Assembly (NCBI GenBank): GCA_012026655.1
Contig: JAAILG010000286.1
Span: 62,001-114,730 of the forward strand
Direction: 5' to 3'
DNA: 52,730 nt
From: Hydrolagus affinis
Lineage: Eukaryota
This document shows, piece by piece, positions 17,182 through 42,790 of the stretch. Each line of letters opens with the position of its first letter. Positions within the stretch are counted from its first letter, which is position 1. The notes below the pieces were generated by a model. That model was not told where the DNA came from. It searched no databases and saw nothing but the letters and a program-made list of their open reading frames with translations. Both the position numbers and the translations under genes were made by a program.

Positions 17182-19840
17182 TTATTTCTAAAATCAAAGT
17201 GATAGACGATGATGATTGTTTTGCATTTAAAACATTTTTTGCTTGAGGGAACTGGCAGCAGATGAAAGATGTTCAGGGTGAACATTATCCAGTTTTACTG
17301 TAACAATCCTTTGCCACAAGTGGAAAGTTGACAGTTAACACGACTACCAAATTTAAAAGACTAGCTATAGCTAGGCAGTGCTTGCTGTGTGAGATCACTT
17401 CTTATTGCTTTCATTAGTAATACTACATTTGGCAGTGGAAATCCAAAGGTGAACATGCAAATCAAATTATTTTTCTTCTCTTGCTAACAGCCTGCAGTCA
17501 ATTTGGAGCGCAAATCTTGCACAAAGCCAAATAATACATTCAAGAGACTGGGAAATCATTGACTTGTTGACTGACACTCAAATGCAGTGTTTTCACAACT
17601 TTCTGTATTCCCGACAAATCTACGTTTTGTTGCATTCAGTTCTGCTCCATGATGACTACATTTTAAAAGTAGGAACAGGGATGGCAGACAGTATTAATAA
17701 AGTAAATTGAAAACATTTGATACGTTTTAGTATAACATTCATGATAAACACGTGACCAATGACAAACATTTTGATTTCATTTTGTACCTGTAGCCACTTC
17801 ACAAGATTGGTCTGGATGAAAAGGGCCTCAAGTTTCAAATTATCAAAGTACTTTGCAACATTAAACAGAATTATGTACATCAACACATTGTCATGGGGTT
17901 TTATCAAATGACATCTAAATGGCAATTGGAAGTTCATTTGGAGAATACAATAAGGTTTTAAGCATATACAATGGATTACAGCTGTTCAAAGACAAAACAG
18001 CCCTTGAATGTTTCTTGCCCAGTCCAAATTATCAGTACATTGAATTTCCAGCACATGTAAACATCTGATCATAAATGGAAAAATAGCACATTAAATATGA
18101 AGGTACTGTATTTAACATTCCTGAATTGCATGGATTAAATTCAATACCTGGCTCAGGTTTTTTTTAAATTAAAAAAGTAAAATTGTTAGTTAAAACAATA
18201 TTTCTATAATTAATAGATTTTCCACATTTATCAGCAGAAATAAAATACTTATTCCACTGCTGAAGTTCAGGCATTGGTTCTATTCCACCAGTTTCCAATA
18301 ATTATCATTTTGAAGCACTGGAGATCTATATTTCCCTTTCTGCCTTTTGTGGAACATGAAGATGCATCTCACTTCAATGAGTTTTTAGAAATGATGATGC
18401 AACTGACATCAGCCTGGAGTGATTCATTTTATTGAAAATCTACAAATACAATTTTACAATATTCCATGTGCAGTTCATGACTTTGATAAAAGTTCCCGTA
18501 AATACAGAGCGAGTGCAGGTACATTGTAAGCTTTTATTATACCCTCATAATATATCTGTATTTCATCTTGATTCTTCTCCAACTTTCCTAAAATATAACA
18601 CCGTTCCATTGATATGCATATTAGAATTAGTATACAGTATTTCACAATGCGTAATCCAAACTAATGGCTGTCTCACTGAGCTTGATTGGTATCCAAAGCT
18701 GAATATGATATCTGCCAGGTCAACTATTCTTGATGTTATGTTAACCGATAAATAGATATTTCCCATTGCCCCATAGCCCGCATGACATCAACCATTCCCA
18801 GGCCTTTCTTGCTTTAGTACAAGCAGATAAGCGGTAAAGCCACAAAAGCACACAATTTCCAGTGCTTTTTAATACTGAAACAATTATACAAAATACAGTA
18901 TAGACAAAATTAAGAAACATACATCATTCATTAGGGACTGTTCAGCCTATTCCAGCCATGAATGAATAGAATCATGAAATTCCAGTGTTTAAAAACATTG
19001 CAACTCTCAAAGGAAAACACAAAGTAATGTTACTGAACAAGTTGTGTGTGACTGGACTTCAATTTAAAGACTCAAGTACATACATATATTAAATAAAAAC
19101 ATTCACATTTAAGGATCATTAGTTTTTAAAAAGGCAGTTTGTGTTGCCTGTTGCGCCAATTATTGCCTTACTGTACAGTAGTTACATTCAATAATTCTAT
19201 TCCAGTCTTTGATCAAACATTACCGATTTTATAAGAGACAACCTATTAGATCTTCACCACTCAGCTTCACACAAACATTCTTGACAGATGTACCATCAAA
19301 TCCTTCCATTTTTACAAGCCTCAAAACCATTAAACTCTGATGTTTTCCTGTTTACAGGAATGAGCGAACAAATCTATCATAATATAAAAATCTAAAATGA
19401 TGGAATTGTGAATTTCAGTTTTAGGTCATAAAAATATACTCTGTAATCTACAAACATAATCCCTACAAAAGTCTTTAAGACACAATACTTGACATAAGAT
19501 GACTCCCTTCCCTCCCCCTTTCCCCTCTAGAAAGGCTTACATTTCACAAATTGTGTATAAAAATACCGCAGCTAAAGGTTAAATCAGTATAGGCTGGATT
19601 ATGTGCAGTGTGATTCAGAGACAGCTACTGCTAGAAGTGAATCTATATTTACATTATAAATAGTTAGAATAATAGTAATTATACGAATATTGCTACCACC
19701 AAGTGCTGGTATGAAATGGAATGTCACTTTTTTCAATAGTTGAAATAAAAATTGTTAACACTGTGCCTTTCATTCTAAAAGCAATCATCTTTCAGGCAGA
19801 CTGCCCCATAACAAATCTGTGACTTGATCATTTTTCTTTC

Positions 19841-32800
<12,960 letters not shown>

Positions 32801-32947
32801 GACGACAGCTGAAACTTTAACCTATCTTATTTGATTAATTGTGGTTCCATTTCTCAAGATCCACGTGACTGGTGCGGTTGTTTCTTTTCATGGAGTTCAC
32901 ATGGCCATGCATTCAAACTTGATAAGGTCACTTTAATGGAGACTTGC
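32801..32947 (-). other. PALS1: PALS1 5' UTR part of the start-codon exon, containing uORFs
   Basis: Acceptor TTTGAATTTCCAG| at 32948, 147 nt upstream of the ATG. Confidence 0.7.
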
Positions 32948-33483
32948 CTGGAAATTCAAATAAAGATCTTATTAGAGTGAATGTTTCTTTCAATACTGAA
33001 AGATAAAGTCCTTGATTCTAAACTTTGTTTCTAAGGTATTTATTCTCAGAATAAGTGATTGGGTTTGATTATCATGACGGTTTTCCTTCTCTATGGAAAA
33101 GTACCTAGTGTCCACTTGTTTCCCTTGCAAATAGCAGACGGGAATAGAAAGACACCAATTTTTTGGAGTCACAAACCCATACCCTGCTAACGCCATAATG
33201 TACAATACATGTCCACATTGTACTAACCCACCAGATTGCCTGAGATGCCAGCAGCCACATTGTTGAAACAAACTGATAAGATACTATGCCTGGTGCAGAG
33301 AGGAGGGAAGGGAAACCATCAGAAGGGGCCTGGTTACCCTATGAAATGCAACATTTACATTCATCATCAAGTAAGACTACTGTACTGGTGAAGATTGCCC
33401 AAGAGCCCTTTTGCGTGTATGTGTATGGTGGGGGGTGGTGGGTGGTGGGAGGAGTAGGGTTAGAGATAAAGGGATAAAGGAAG

Positions 33484-33583
33484 NNNNNNNNNNNNNNNNN
33501 NNNNNNNNNNNNNNNNNNNNNNNNNNNNNNNNNNNNNNNNNNNNNNNNNNNNNNNNNNNNNNNNNNNNNNNNNNNNNNNNNNN
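33484..33583. other. Assembly gap (100 N)
   Basis: Run of N flanked by purine/G-rich low-complexity sequence. Confidence 1.
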
Positions 33584-33747
33584 GGGGAGAGTAGGACAGA
33601 GTTAGAATAGCAGATAGAGGGGGGTGGTGAGAGAGACATCAAGGGTGGAGGGAAGATAGACATTTAGGGTGGTGGGGAAGGCTCAGGTCGGGTTGGGGCG
33701 GCAGCCAAAACACGCCAGCAGAGACGGCATCAGCCCACAGGCTGTGT

Positions 33748-34081
33748 GGAGCTCCTGTGGCTCAGTGGTTAGAGCACTTGTCTTGCAAGCTGGGGAGACC
33801 AAGCTGGGGAGACCTGTGTTTGAATCCAGGCAGGTCAGGGCGAAGCCTTGGGCAAGTTTCCTTACTCCACACGCCAAATAATAATCCGTCCCAAAAAACC
33901 ATAATAAGAAAATTGGTCATTTCAATCCACGACTGTTTGTGGGACACTGCTATGCGCAATTGGCTGCCACGATTTGCCCACAAATATATATTCAATTCAT
34001 TTTACAGTAAATTCTGTGAAGCGCTTTGGGATGTTGATAAGATGTGAAAAGCGTTATATCAAATGCATTATTATTATTATT
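33748..34081 (+). mobile_element. Full-length tRNA-derived SINE with an internal 14-bp tandem duplication
   Basis: A box TGGCTCAGTGG, B box GTTTGAATCC, L2-like tail plus (TTA)n; CAAGCTGGGGAGAC twice at 33786-33813. Confidence 0.92.
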
Positions 34082-35224
34082 TATAAAATGCTATAGCTAT
34101 GATTTGCAAAGCAAACCCAGTTATAAAAAACAGCTAGTGCATATGAAAATAGGCCAGGCTGACCTTTGCACCCAAGCACCCCATCAAGTAGAAAATGAAC
34201 ATTTTTAGAATCTGTATCATCAATTTTAGATCTGCCACAATGAAATACAGCAATGCTTAAAATCAGGAAATGTCAAAGGCTGATCATGCAAATTATTGGA
34301 TCTTTCTGCAACAATCCTGTCTCTAATATTCAAGAACAAGATTGGATGAATTAATCAATGTTGTGATTTTTAAGAACACATCTGATCTGGAGGGCAGATG
34401 GTTGATTTCAATCGAAAGCAAACACTACTGCATTTTTATAATGTTTAACTGAATATGCAAACAGCTTGTAGATATAGATTTCATTACAAGAACTACCAGC
34501 ACATCAGAAATTGGTCTCTTAAAAAGTCAAGAAATCATCATGTGGTATAGGTAAATCCATGATGATACAACAACAAAATTACACTTCAATAGCACCTTTC
34601 ACGTCAGGAGGATGTCCCAAGGATACAAAATACCGATACAAAATGACATGGTCCTCATTCAATACATACTTTACAAGTCTTAAAGAACAATAACATAGCA
34701 GGCAATAAACAGCGATGGAGTCTTAAACTCTCCAACTCAAGTTGACCCACAGCATAGCAACAATTTTGATCTGAAGCAAAAACTTGACATAGTCACATTT
34801 TTTTTAGCAGGATGCCTTTTGTACTCCTACGACAATTCTTAATTGAACTCCATCCTCCCCCGAAGAAAAGTCTTAATGAATTAAGAATCAGAACTGAAAC
34901 GGCCAGATACAAAGTCTCAATAGTTACAAACAATACAAACAGAAAGCCATTTTTCTGAAAATGAAAGATGCTGCCAGTTTTTAGGGAAAATGTTAATTCT
35001 AACCTTCATCAAAAATCAGTATGCCAAAAACAGTTGAGGGCAATTGGAATAGAAAGTAACAAGAATACGAACAGCATGCTGCAGATAATGTAGTAAAAAA
35101 AAGTGTAGAATCAATTTAGCATCCTAATTTTCTGGGAACCTTAGAGATAACTGCCATTTCAGAAAGGAAACAATGAAGAAAGCCCTTTGATTTCATCCTT
35201 CCTGTTATCCCATCACATTATCGA

Positions 35225-36000
35225 ATAGTTTCTTAAATGTCTAGTACCTGGCCTCCAACAAACCCTTCCTAAAACACATTCCAACTGTTGAGAACACTTG
35301 GTAAAAGAAATAATTATTGCCATATGTCCTCAAATTGCCCTTCATAATCCTGAACATATGCCCTCTTCTGCCAACTCGAGTATGAAATAATTTTTCTGGG
35401 TTTACTTTATCTATCCCATTTATAGTATAATAATAAAAATAAAATGGGTTTACTTTCTCTATCCTATTTAGCATCTTATATTTCTCTATCAGCTACCCAC
35501 TGAGAAATCTCTTCTCAAAATTGAAGAGCCCAAATTAATTATCTTTGCCCATTCATCTAAATCTGGGAATCAGTCTTTTTACTTGCCTCTTTGCTTCGAC
35601 TCAAGCACCGTATATCAAACTCAAACTGAACTGCATTCAGTACAGTACTTCAGATAAAGCTCCAGAGGAGCACTGTATAGCTGGAGCATGATTTCTGAAG
35701 ATCTGAACTCAATGAATCAAAATTTGTTGAATTAAGCCAATTGGGACAGTTCAATTTTTTTTCCTGTTTATAATGAATATAGCCCAGTATCCAGTTTGCC
35801 TTGTTTATTTAGACGTGGTGACAAATAAAAAAACGCTCCTGGGACTCTTTAACTTTCCCTTGTTAAATTCGATTCCAACCATGCAGTAAACATATTTTCT
35901 CTTTTTATTTCCAAAATTGAGGACCTTGTATTTATCTGTATTGAACTTAATTTGCCAGTGATGAGCTCACAGACATACTCTGTTGAGCTTTCTCTGTAAT
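35225..36000 (-). mobile_element. Degenerate CR1 LINE ORF2 3' fragment
   Basis: Minus-strand WQIKFNTDKYKVLNFG (about 35910-35960) and GIDKVNPEKLF...RGHMFRI...YFF (ORF 35241..35474) match CR1 motifs WQMKFNxxKCKVLHFG and TRGH. Confidence 0.8.
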
Positions 36001-37212
36001 TTGATCTGAAGTAATAGTTTCTCTAACTATTTTGGAGTGTTAAGACTGTATTTAGTTTCAGTTTAAATTAAACTCAACTGTTATATAAACCAATTCATTA
36101 GTGCTGCCAGTTATTTTAAGGAGACCTTGGATGCAAGCCCAAACTCAGATAATTCTAAATTAATTTAAGGTTTCATCTTAACGTGCACCACATTCAAATA
36201 TTAGAATATTGTGATTAAAACTAAGCTTCAATCAACAAAATGTCAGCAATCGGGCAGTTATCACAGGTACATTTACACTTCGGCCTGTACAAAGAATTTT
36301 GTCCACATTTAGAATAGGGTCACCAGCTTATTTTGTTTTAAATTCTGGTACAGCAAAATAACAATGTGTACATTAATGAACACGCACCACATACATTTTG
36401 TGTACAAATGCACAAAATTACATTCTAATTTGTCTTCCTTACTCATAACTTCCCTGCCCCATACACCATCTCCCCTTCTCTGTGGATTTTAAAATATTTT
36501 CACTCCTCCACCTTCCAGTGCAGCTGGATGTCCTCATCTAATGAAGATTAGCATTCCTGTTGCATTCTAAAGAGCTGGGCTTCTGGTTTCTATAGAAACA
36601 GCTTTGTCAGCCACCATGATGCTCTGGCACAACACCAGAAAATACTTGCATCACACCAGGAGAAATACCACATCTCACATTTTTCTTTCCTTGTGTGTTT
36701 CTTGGGACTGAAGTCTCGTCAAGTTCTGTAATACTGCTTACCAAGAGGAAAATCTTTTCTTTTTAATAATCTTTCACAATTTATTGAAACATACAACGGC
36801 AATGCAGTAGCTAGGCTCTTACTAGCTCGGACAGCAGATGGCTAAGGCTGGGCATAAGAAGCAGTAATGATGGCAATAAAGCCTATAAGGAACAGCACTC
36901 AAAGTATCTGCTCTAATTATGTCAATCATTTCAGGGCAGGGAATTACACCTGATTAACAGTGGGCTGGCTCAATTAGTTCTGTAATAAATATTCCCATAA
37001 AGATAGCTTCCCTTTGAAACGTCTCGAAGACATATATCAAGTGCAAGGTTTATTATTTTTATTGTTATTATAACCAACCAAGGGAAGATCAACCACTGTG
37101 ATGACAAGACACAATAAGTATCTGTGAGTTGAGGGTGTGAGAATGAGAGAACTCTCAAAAAGATTAACCATTTTTGAAAAGGCATTTTGAACCGATTGAT
37201 GTTTGCTGTGAT

Positions 37213-37330
37213 AATAATATTAATAATAATCCTTGCAATTGATGCAATAACTTGTCATGTCTTTGAAATGTCTCAAAGCACTTCACAGAATACACTGTAA
37301 AGTGAATTGACTGTATATTTTGTTGGCGAG
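37213..37330 (-). mobile_element. tRNA-SINE 3' fragment
   Basis: (TAA)n plus ccttgca...tctcaaagcacttcacagaatacactgtaaagtgaattgactgtatattt. Confidence 0.8.
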
Positions 37331-37699
37331 AGATACCAGTTAAAATAAAGCATATGCAACAATTGTAATGGAAAGGATTATTTGGGAGCTTGTGAATTGT
37401 CCAAAATTTCCAGATTCCACGCAAAATATGTTCTCTAGCTGTGTTAAACTTCAAAAATCACAACTTCAAGAATCACAAGAATTTAAATGAGCATGAATCA
37501 GACAGTTAACTGGAATCCAATCCTAGGTTTGTACACCTTTTTTTCCCCCAGAGTTTATCAGCCTCAGTGTACATTTCAGAAACTGTGGTTGTCAGTTCCT
37601 GTATTTTAGCTGCTTTTCTCCAGTGAAGATTAATAGGATAGTACATTTCAGTAAAGTGGAATCCTCAATAATTTTTATTATGTTTTTCTTCAGGTTCTA

Positions 37700-37803
37700 C
37701 TAATAATACTCCTTGCATTTGATATAGTGCTTTTCATGTCCTCTCGACATCTCAATGCGCTTCACAGTATATACTGTAAAGTGAATTGACTGTATATTTG
37801 TGG
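37700..37803 (-). mobile_element. tRNA-SINE 3' fragment
   Basis: Same tail as 37213-37330 and 26286-26400. Confidence 0.8.
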
Positions 37804-38834
37804 TTCTGGAATAAAGTCAAACATTTTATGCTCTGTGTAAAGTTTGTGAATCTTAATTAGAGCTTATTGTGCATTTGTAATTTCACTTAATAGTTCACAA
37901 TGTTACTTGCGGAGTTACTGCCTAAAAAAAGTGAGCCTGAATTCTTGCAAGATGTAGGAGAACGAACCACTCTATCAGCTTCAAAGGCTGCATGTAAAAA
38001 TCAAAAGCTGTTTAAATTGTATGTAGCATCAGAACTAAAATCCTATGTCTATAAAATATAGAATTACTGAAAACAATTTCAGACAACCTTCATTTAAATT
38101 ATACTTTCGAACAGAAATATGACTCAGAATAACTGAAAATAGCAACTGCCAATCAAAATAAATGGCAGACGCCACAAAATCTTTTAAGTATGAAATCTCC
38201 ATTAGGAATGCAAATAAAGATAATAGTCACTAACTGCTCCAAATAAACTGGCTTAATTAGCAATGACCTCTAGACTTCAACATGATGTAAAAATGACTCG
38301 ACTATTGCAGGAAGTAGTTAGTTTTGATCCTGCATAGAGGTTTGCTGTTTATAATTCATCAGATTCTCTGTAGCGAATTGCACTGAAGTCAAATTCCTCC
38401 AAGTAGACCACATGGGAGATTTTTTTAACAGCAAGTTTAATAAGTTCATCTGGTAAGAACTGCTATTACACTGCAGCAACAACAACATTCCATTTATAGA
38501 GCGCCTTTCACTTCTGGAGGACTTCCCAAAGCGCTCAACACGTGTGAAACTGAAGCAGGTGAAATCCACCTTGCATGAATTCTGATCAGTCAGAACTTTT
38601 ACTTTAAAAAAAAGTATTTGGACTTGTCCTTCAATATATAGTACAATTAAGAATATAATTGAATGCATGCTTTAGACAAACATTCTAAAAGCCACAAGAA
38701 CATTACGTGAAAATCCACTGTTTATTTGGGTATTCACTAAAACTTAAAACCATGTTGGCAATGGTTAACTTGGCATAAAAGAGAAAAGTCTAATTTCTTT
38801 TAATAATAAAACTTCTACGTGCTCCAATGAATCC

Positions 38835-38890
38835 AACAACATCAATTTATATAGCGCCCTCCACGCCGGACGGCGTCTCAGAGTGCTTAA
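38835..38890 (-). mobile_element. L2 3' stub (second family)
   Basis: caacaacatcaatttatatagcgccctccacgccggacggcgtctcagagtgctta is nearly the reverse complement of 46290-46345. Confidence 0.8.
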
Positions 38891-38949
38891 ATCCACTGAA
38901 GGCCAGCAGCCTTCTGGTACCTATCCAGGAACCTATAAATAGGGAACTG

Positions 38950-39135
38950 ATAGAAACATTTAAATAGAAGCCAGATAGATACTTGGGAGTCAGATTATTA
39001 ACAGATGTGTAAGGGTATTAAGAAATATAGAGAAAGAGCAGGAAAATGGGATTAGAAGTAGAATTAGCTGCCATCATTGAATAAACAGTGAGCTGGCATG
39101 ATAGGCTCAATTGCTTCATTCTGTTCATAGATTCT
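38950..39135 (+). mobile_element. CR1 LINE 3' end, degenerate
   Basis: acatttaaatagaagccagatagatacttgg...gcaggaaaatgggattaga...gataggctcaattgcttcattctgttc resembles chondrichthyan CR1 3' ends (from recollection). Confidence 0.55.
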
Positions 39136-39849
39136 TCCAACTAGCTACTCTTTATGTGCAAACTTAACACAGGCATGTAATTCAACTATGGAGAGTACCA
39201 TAGTTAAACCTTTCCTATGTGTGCGCGTTTTTTTTTAAACCAGGGATTACTGCCTGATTCCTGGACCACAGCACCCCTCCCCCAGGAACACTGAGGAACT
39301 GTAGGATCCTAACTGCAATCCAGTCGAGATAAGATAACTCAGAACAGACCATCCACCACGACTCTCTGTAACTATCTGAAATGGTGCTTGGCCAATAGTG
39401 AACACATTTTAATCATTTTTAAGATTTCTTGCTGCTTCTCATTTGCCCAACTGACAGCTCAACAGCATTGCGCCACAGTTGATGGCAAATAATCAAAACC
39501 AACTTTCAATCAAGTTATTTATTGGCTTTTATATTGCTTTTTAATGTAATTTCAGTCATATTTGTCACACAAGTTCAAGCAAACACTTTGCTTTCCAAGA
39601 TGATTCATAACTATCTTGACTTATTTGGATCATTAAGCAAGGAATGAAATTCACCACTATTTTAAACGCATAGTGCAATATTCCCACAAAAATGCATTGT
39701 CATTTTAACTTCTTCTCATAAAGTAACAGCAGCTCTCATAAAATTAGTTCCCTACTGAATAAAACTAGCAAGACCACATTGTTAGTATTACTTCCAGTGT
39801 TGAAAACACAATGCCTAAAATAAACTGTGGCTGAGATACATCAGTAACA

Positions 39850-40035
39850 GTGAACGCCAGTGTGCATAACATCCCATTATAGTTGACTGATTCTCCATGA
39901 AGTTTTGCTGATAACCAAAGCTGGCAAAGTTACAGATGTCTCTGCTGAAGGTTTCAAAAACTTTTGTCACCACCACAAAGGTATGGTACAATTTCATATT
40001 TTGCTCATGCCCCGCTTCTTCCACCTTTTGCATAC
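39850..40035 (-). mobile_element. RTE (BovB-like) LINE reverse-transcriptase fragment
   Basis: QKVEEAGHEQNMKLYHTFVVVTKVFETFSRD...ASFG aligns by eye with the RTE RT pattern QLQEKCREQNxxLYxxFVDLTKAFDTVSRxxL..xxKFG. Confidence 0.7.
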
Positions 40036-40234
40036 AGACTGCACTAAAAATTATATTTTCAAATTATATATTAGAAAGTTTCTGCTTCACTATGCAATAC
40101 AGTATTAAAATTCCAGCCACAGAAGAGTAATCCCTTTTGCTATTTATATTTTCCATAAACAACCACCTTTCAAGTTTTTAAACCAGAATTTAGCTCTGAA
40201 TCTTGGTTCAATAATTTTCTCTAATTAAGTCCGA

Positions 40235-40545
40235 GCATTTTTACCGCACTCTGTCATGTCTTAATATCTTAAAGCACTTCAGAATTAACTGCTGTAAAGT
40301 GTAGCGATGATTTGTAAAAAAGCAGCAGCCAGGAGGTGAAAGCCCAATTAATGTGGACAATTATTAGCCAGGGCACCTGGAGCTGCACCCCCACCCCCCA
40401 CCCCATCATAGGATTATTAACATCCACTTGAAAAACAAGGCAGTCTAGATCTCAGCTTTATCCTAAGGACAGTCTCAAAAAAATGCAAAACCCCCTCAAA
40501 ACTATACTTGAGTAAAGAGGAAGCTGGATCTCACGGATTGAATAA
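40235..40545 (-). mobile_element. Highly degenerate DeuSINE-like copy
   Basis: Tail ttaaagcacttcag and ggattattaacatccacttga...ctcagctttatcctaaggacag resembling the reverse Deu domain. Confidence 0.5.
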
Positions 40546-41377
40546 TAGCAACCAAACAAAATTGCAACCACTATTAACAAAATTTAAAAAAAATTTGGAC
40601 TACCGGTATTTGTTTTTAAAGAATGGAACTTTATGGAGATAAATACTTGGCTATCCCTCCTCATAGAGATTTTGATATTTAAAACAGGTACAAAGGTAGT
40701 GTACAATGTTTCTATCTGTCTTGTTATAGATGGCTAACTGAACATTTTAAGTGACTGATCAGACATGCATGAAAACATTAAGATTTTTATAACTGTGCAA
40801 ATCAAATAAGAATCCTTGCTTTAGATACAGTGTCAATAACGTCAAATGTTTCAAAGTTTGTCACACTGCTCCTGTAAATAGTAATGATTTGTAGGCAAGC
40901 AGCCCCATAGAATAGAATACCTTCTGGATTGTACGAGTGAGTCACTTTTATCCAATGCATTCTCTCCCTCTGCCGCAGTTTATTCATTGGTCTCATCTGC
41001 TGCTATAGTTTATTCTTTTGTCCAGCTGAATGTGCAAGTCATACCAGGACCTGCACTCATGGTTCTGGCAAACCCATACAAACTTTCAAATAGGCTACAG
41101 AGTGAGTGACTCATATGCTGATATTCCCTCCCTATAGATAAGGACGTCCCGTATTCACAATGTATTCCAGTGTTGCTAGGAATTTGATTCATGAATGTGA
41201 ATGCATTGTGGGAAAATCATGCACAAACAAATGCTGACACATAATGTACAGCCTCGCTGTTCTTTTTCTGCCTTGTCCAATGTTTCCATTCCTATTAATA
41301 TAGTTAGCCAACTGAATATTTGAAGCAATAGTTCAGATTGACTTTAAAACAGCAGAGCTTTAACACACCAAGTTCTA

Positions 41378-41782
41378 ATAATAAGAAGGTTGCTTGCATT
41401 TGGTATAGTGTCTATATTGTAAAATGTTTTGAAGTGCTTCACAGCGTTTCTGTAGAGTGCAGAGATTGTGTATTGTGCAGGTGAACACGGTGGCCAATTT
41501 ACACAGAGCAATATCCCACAATCATCCATGAAGTGAATGACCTATTTTGCCAGGGGGAACTATTGGTCACGATACCAGAAGAAAGTTCCTTTTCTTTTCA
41601 AATATAGTTTAAGATATTCAACTTCCACCTGAGATCTCAATTCACCATATCCAGAGGACAGCCCGTCTGAAATTGCAATACTCCCCAGAACTGCCACTTT
41701 ATCTTAGCTGCAAACTCAAAGTCCTGATGTGGAACATGAACCCACGACTCTCGGACCCATAGGTAAGAGTGCTACATGCTGG
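41378..41782 (-). mobile_element. Old DeuSINE (SacSINE1-like) copy
   Basis: (TAA)n tail, SINE 3' region, ttcaacttccacctgag...tgcaatactcccc, and tRNA head catgaacccacgactctcggaccc...agagtgctac. Confidence 0.7.
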
Positions 41783-42479
41783 ATCTTAAAAGTAACCAAT
41801 CACAAATTAATTTGCCTAGTTTATTTCAGATATGTTCTTGTAAGATCAAAACTGGCTTGCTAGGGTAATCAGAAATTGAGCACACTTCTCTTAATGTTCT
41901 AAGTTTTATTGAAACAATGGATTAGTTTTAAAAGCACTGAAAAACCAAAATTGTAGCATCATCTTTTTCAGCTGTCATACGACATAAGCTGTCATAAGAA
42001 TGCCATGAATTGTGGTTCTAGAGTAATTAAAGATCTGTTGTTCTTATTTACAATCAATGTCTTAAATCCTTTCCAGAACATTGTTACATTTGAATAAAAT
42101 TATTAAATTGGAATACGTTATTGACAAATGTGTTTCATATATAAACATAACTGTAGCTAATACCGTAAACAAGAAAAATTCAAGGGTCTAAAGTGATGCC
42201 TAAAATAAAATATAAGGTCACTGACAATTTTTTCTTGGTATTTCTGCACCAAAATAACAAAGGCAACTACGTTACAACTTTATTCTTTGAATGAAATGTT
42301 CTGTGATTTTGTACTATGCTCCATGCACATGCACAATTAGGTTTAGAAAAGTATGTGATGTGAATAAGTGTGTCCAATAATGAAACCTGAACGTCCTGTA
42401 CTTGCGAAGAACGTTCAGTATTCTTCGGATAAGAATAGTACAGAAGTTTATATGAAAAGAAGGCACCATTTTATAAGGT

Positions 42480-42790
42480 ACAACACAACAACAACAACAA
42501 ATTTGCACTTATAATCCGCCTTTCACGTTGGGAGGATGTCCCAAGCGCTCAACAGTCAGGTCGTGACACGAGCGGGGGGGGGGAGGGAGAGGGGAAGGTT
42601 ATAATCCTTATTGGGTCATTGAGATGTGTCAAAGCCTTTCACAGGATATTCTGTAGAGTGTATGGACTGTATATTGTGTGGACAAAAGCACGCCTGATGA
42701 TTTGCACACAGCAATGGCCTGCATACAGTCATGGATAACTTTTTTTTAATTTGGAGGATATATTGGCCAAGCACAGGTATACACCGACTA
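42480..42790 (-). mobile_element. L2 3' stub (42480-42600) adjacent to a SINE 3' fragment (42612-42790)
   Basis: (CAA)n plus gcctttcacgttgggaggatgtcccaagcgctcaacagtcagg; then gagatgtgtcaaagcctttcacaggatattctgtagagtg. Confidence 0.75.

Noticed and set aside
33748-33835. tRNA gene (A and B boxes); likewise 51942-52010 and 26525-26591
   Set aside because: These are SINE heads continuing into a shared body and (TTA)n tail; no intact cloverleaf is evident.
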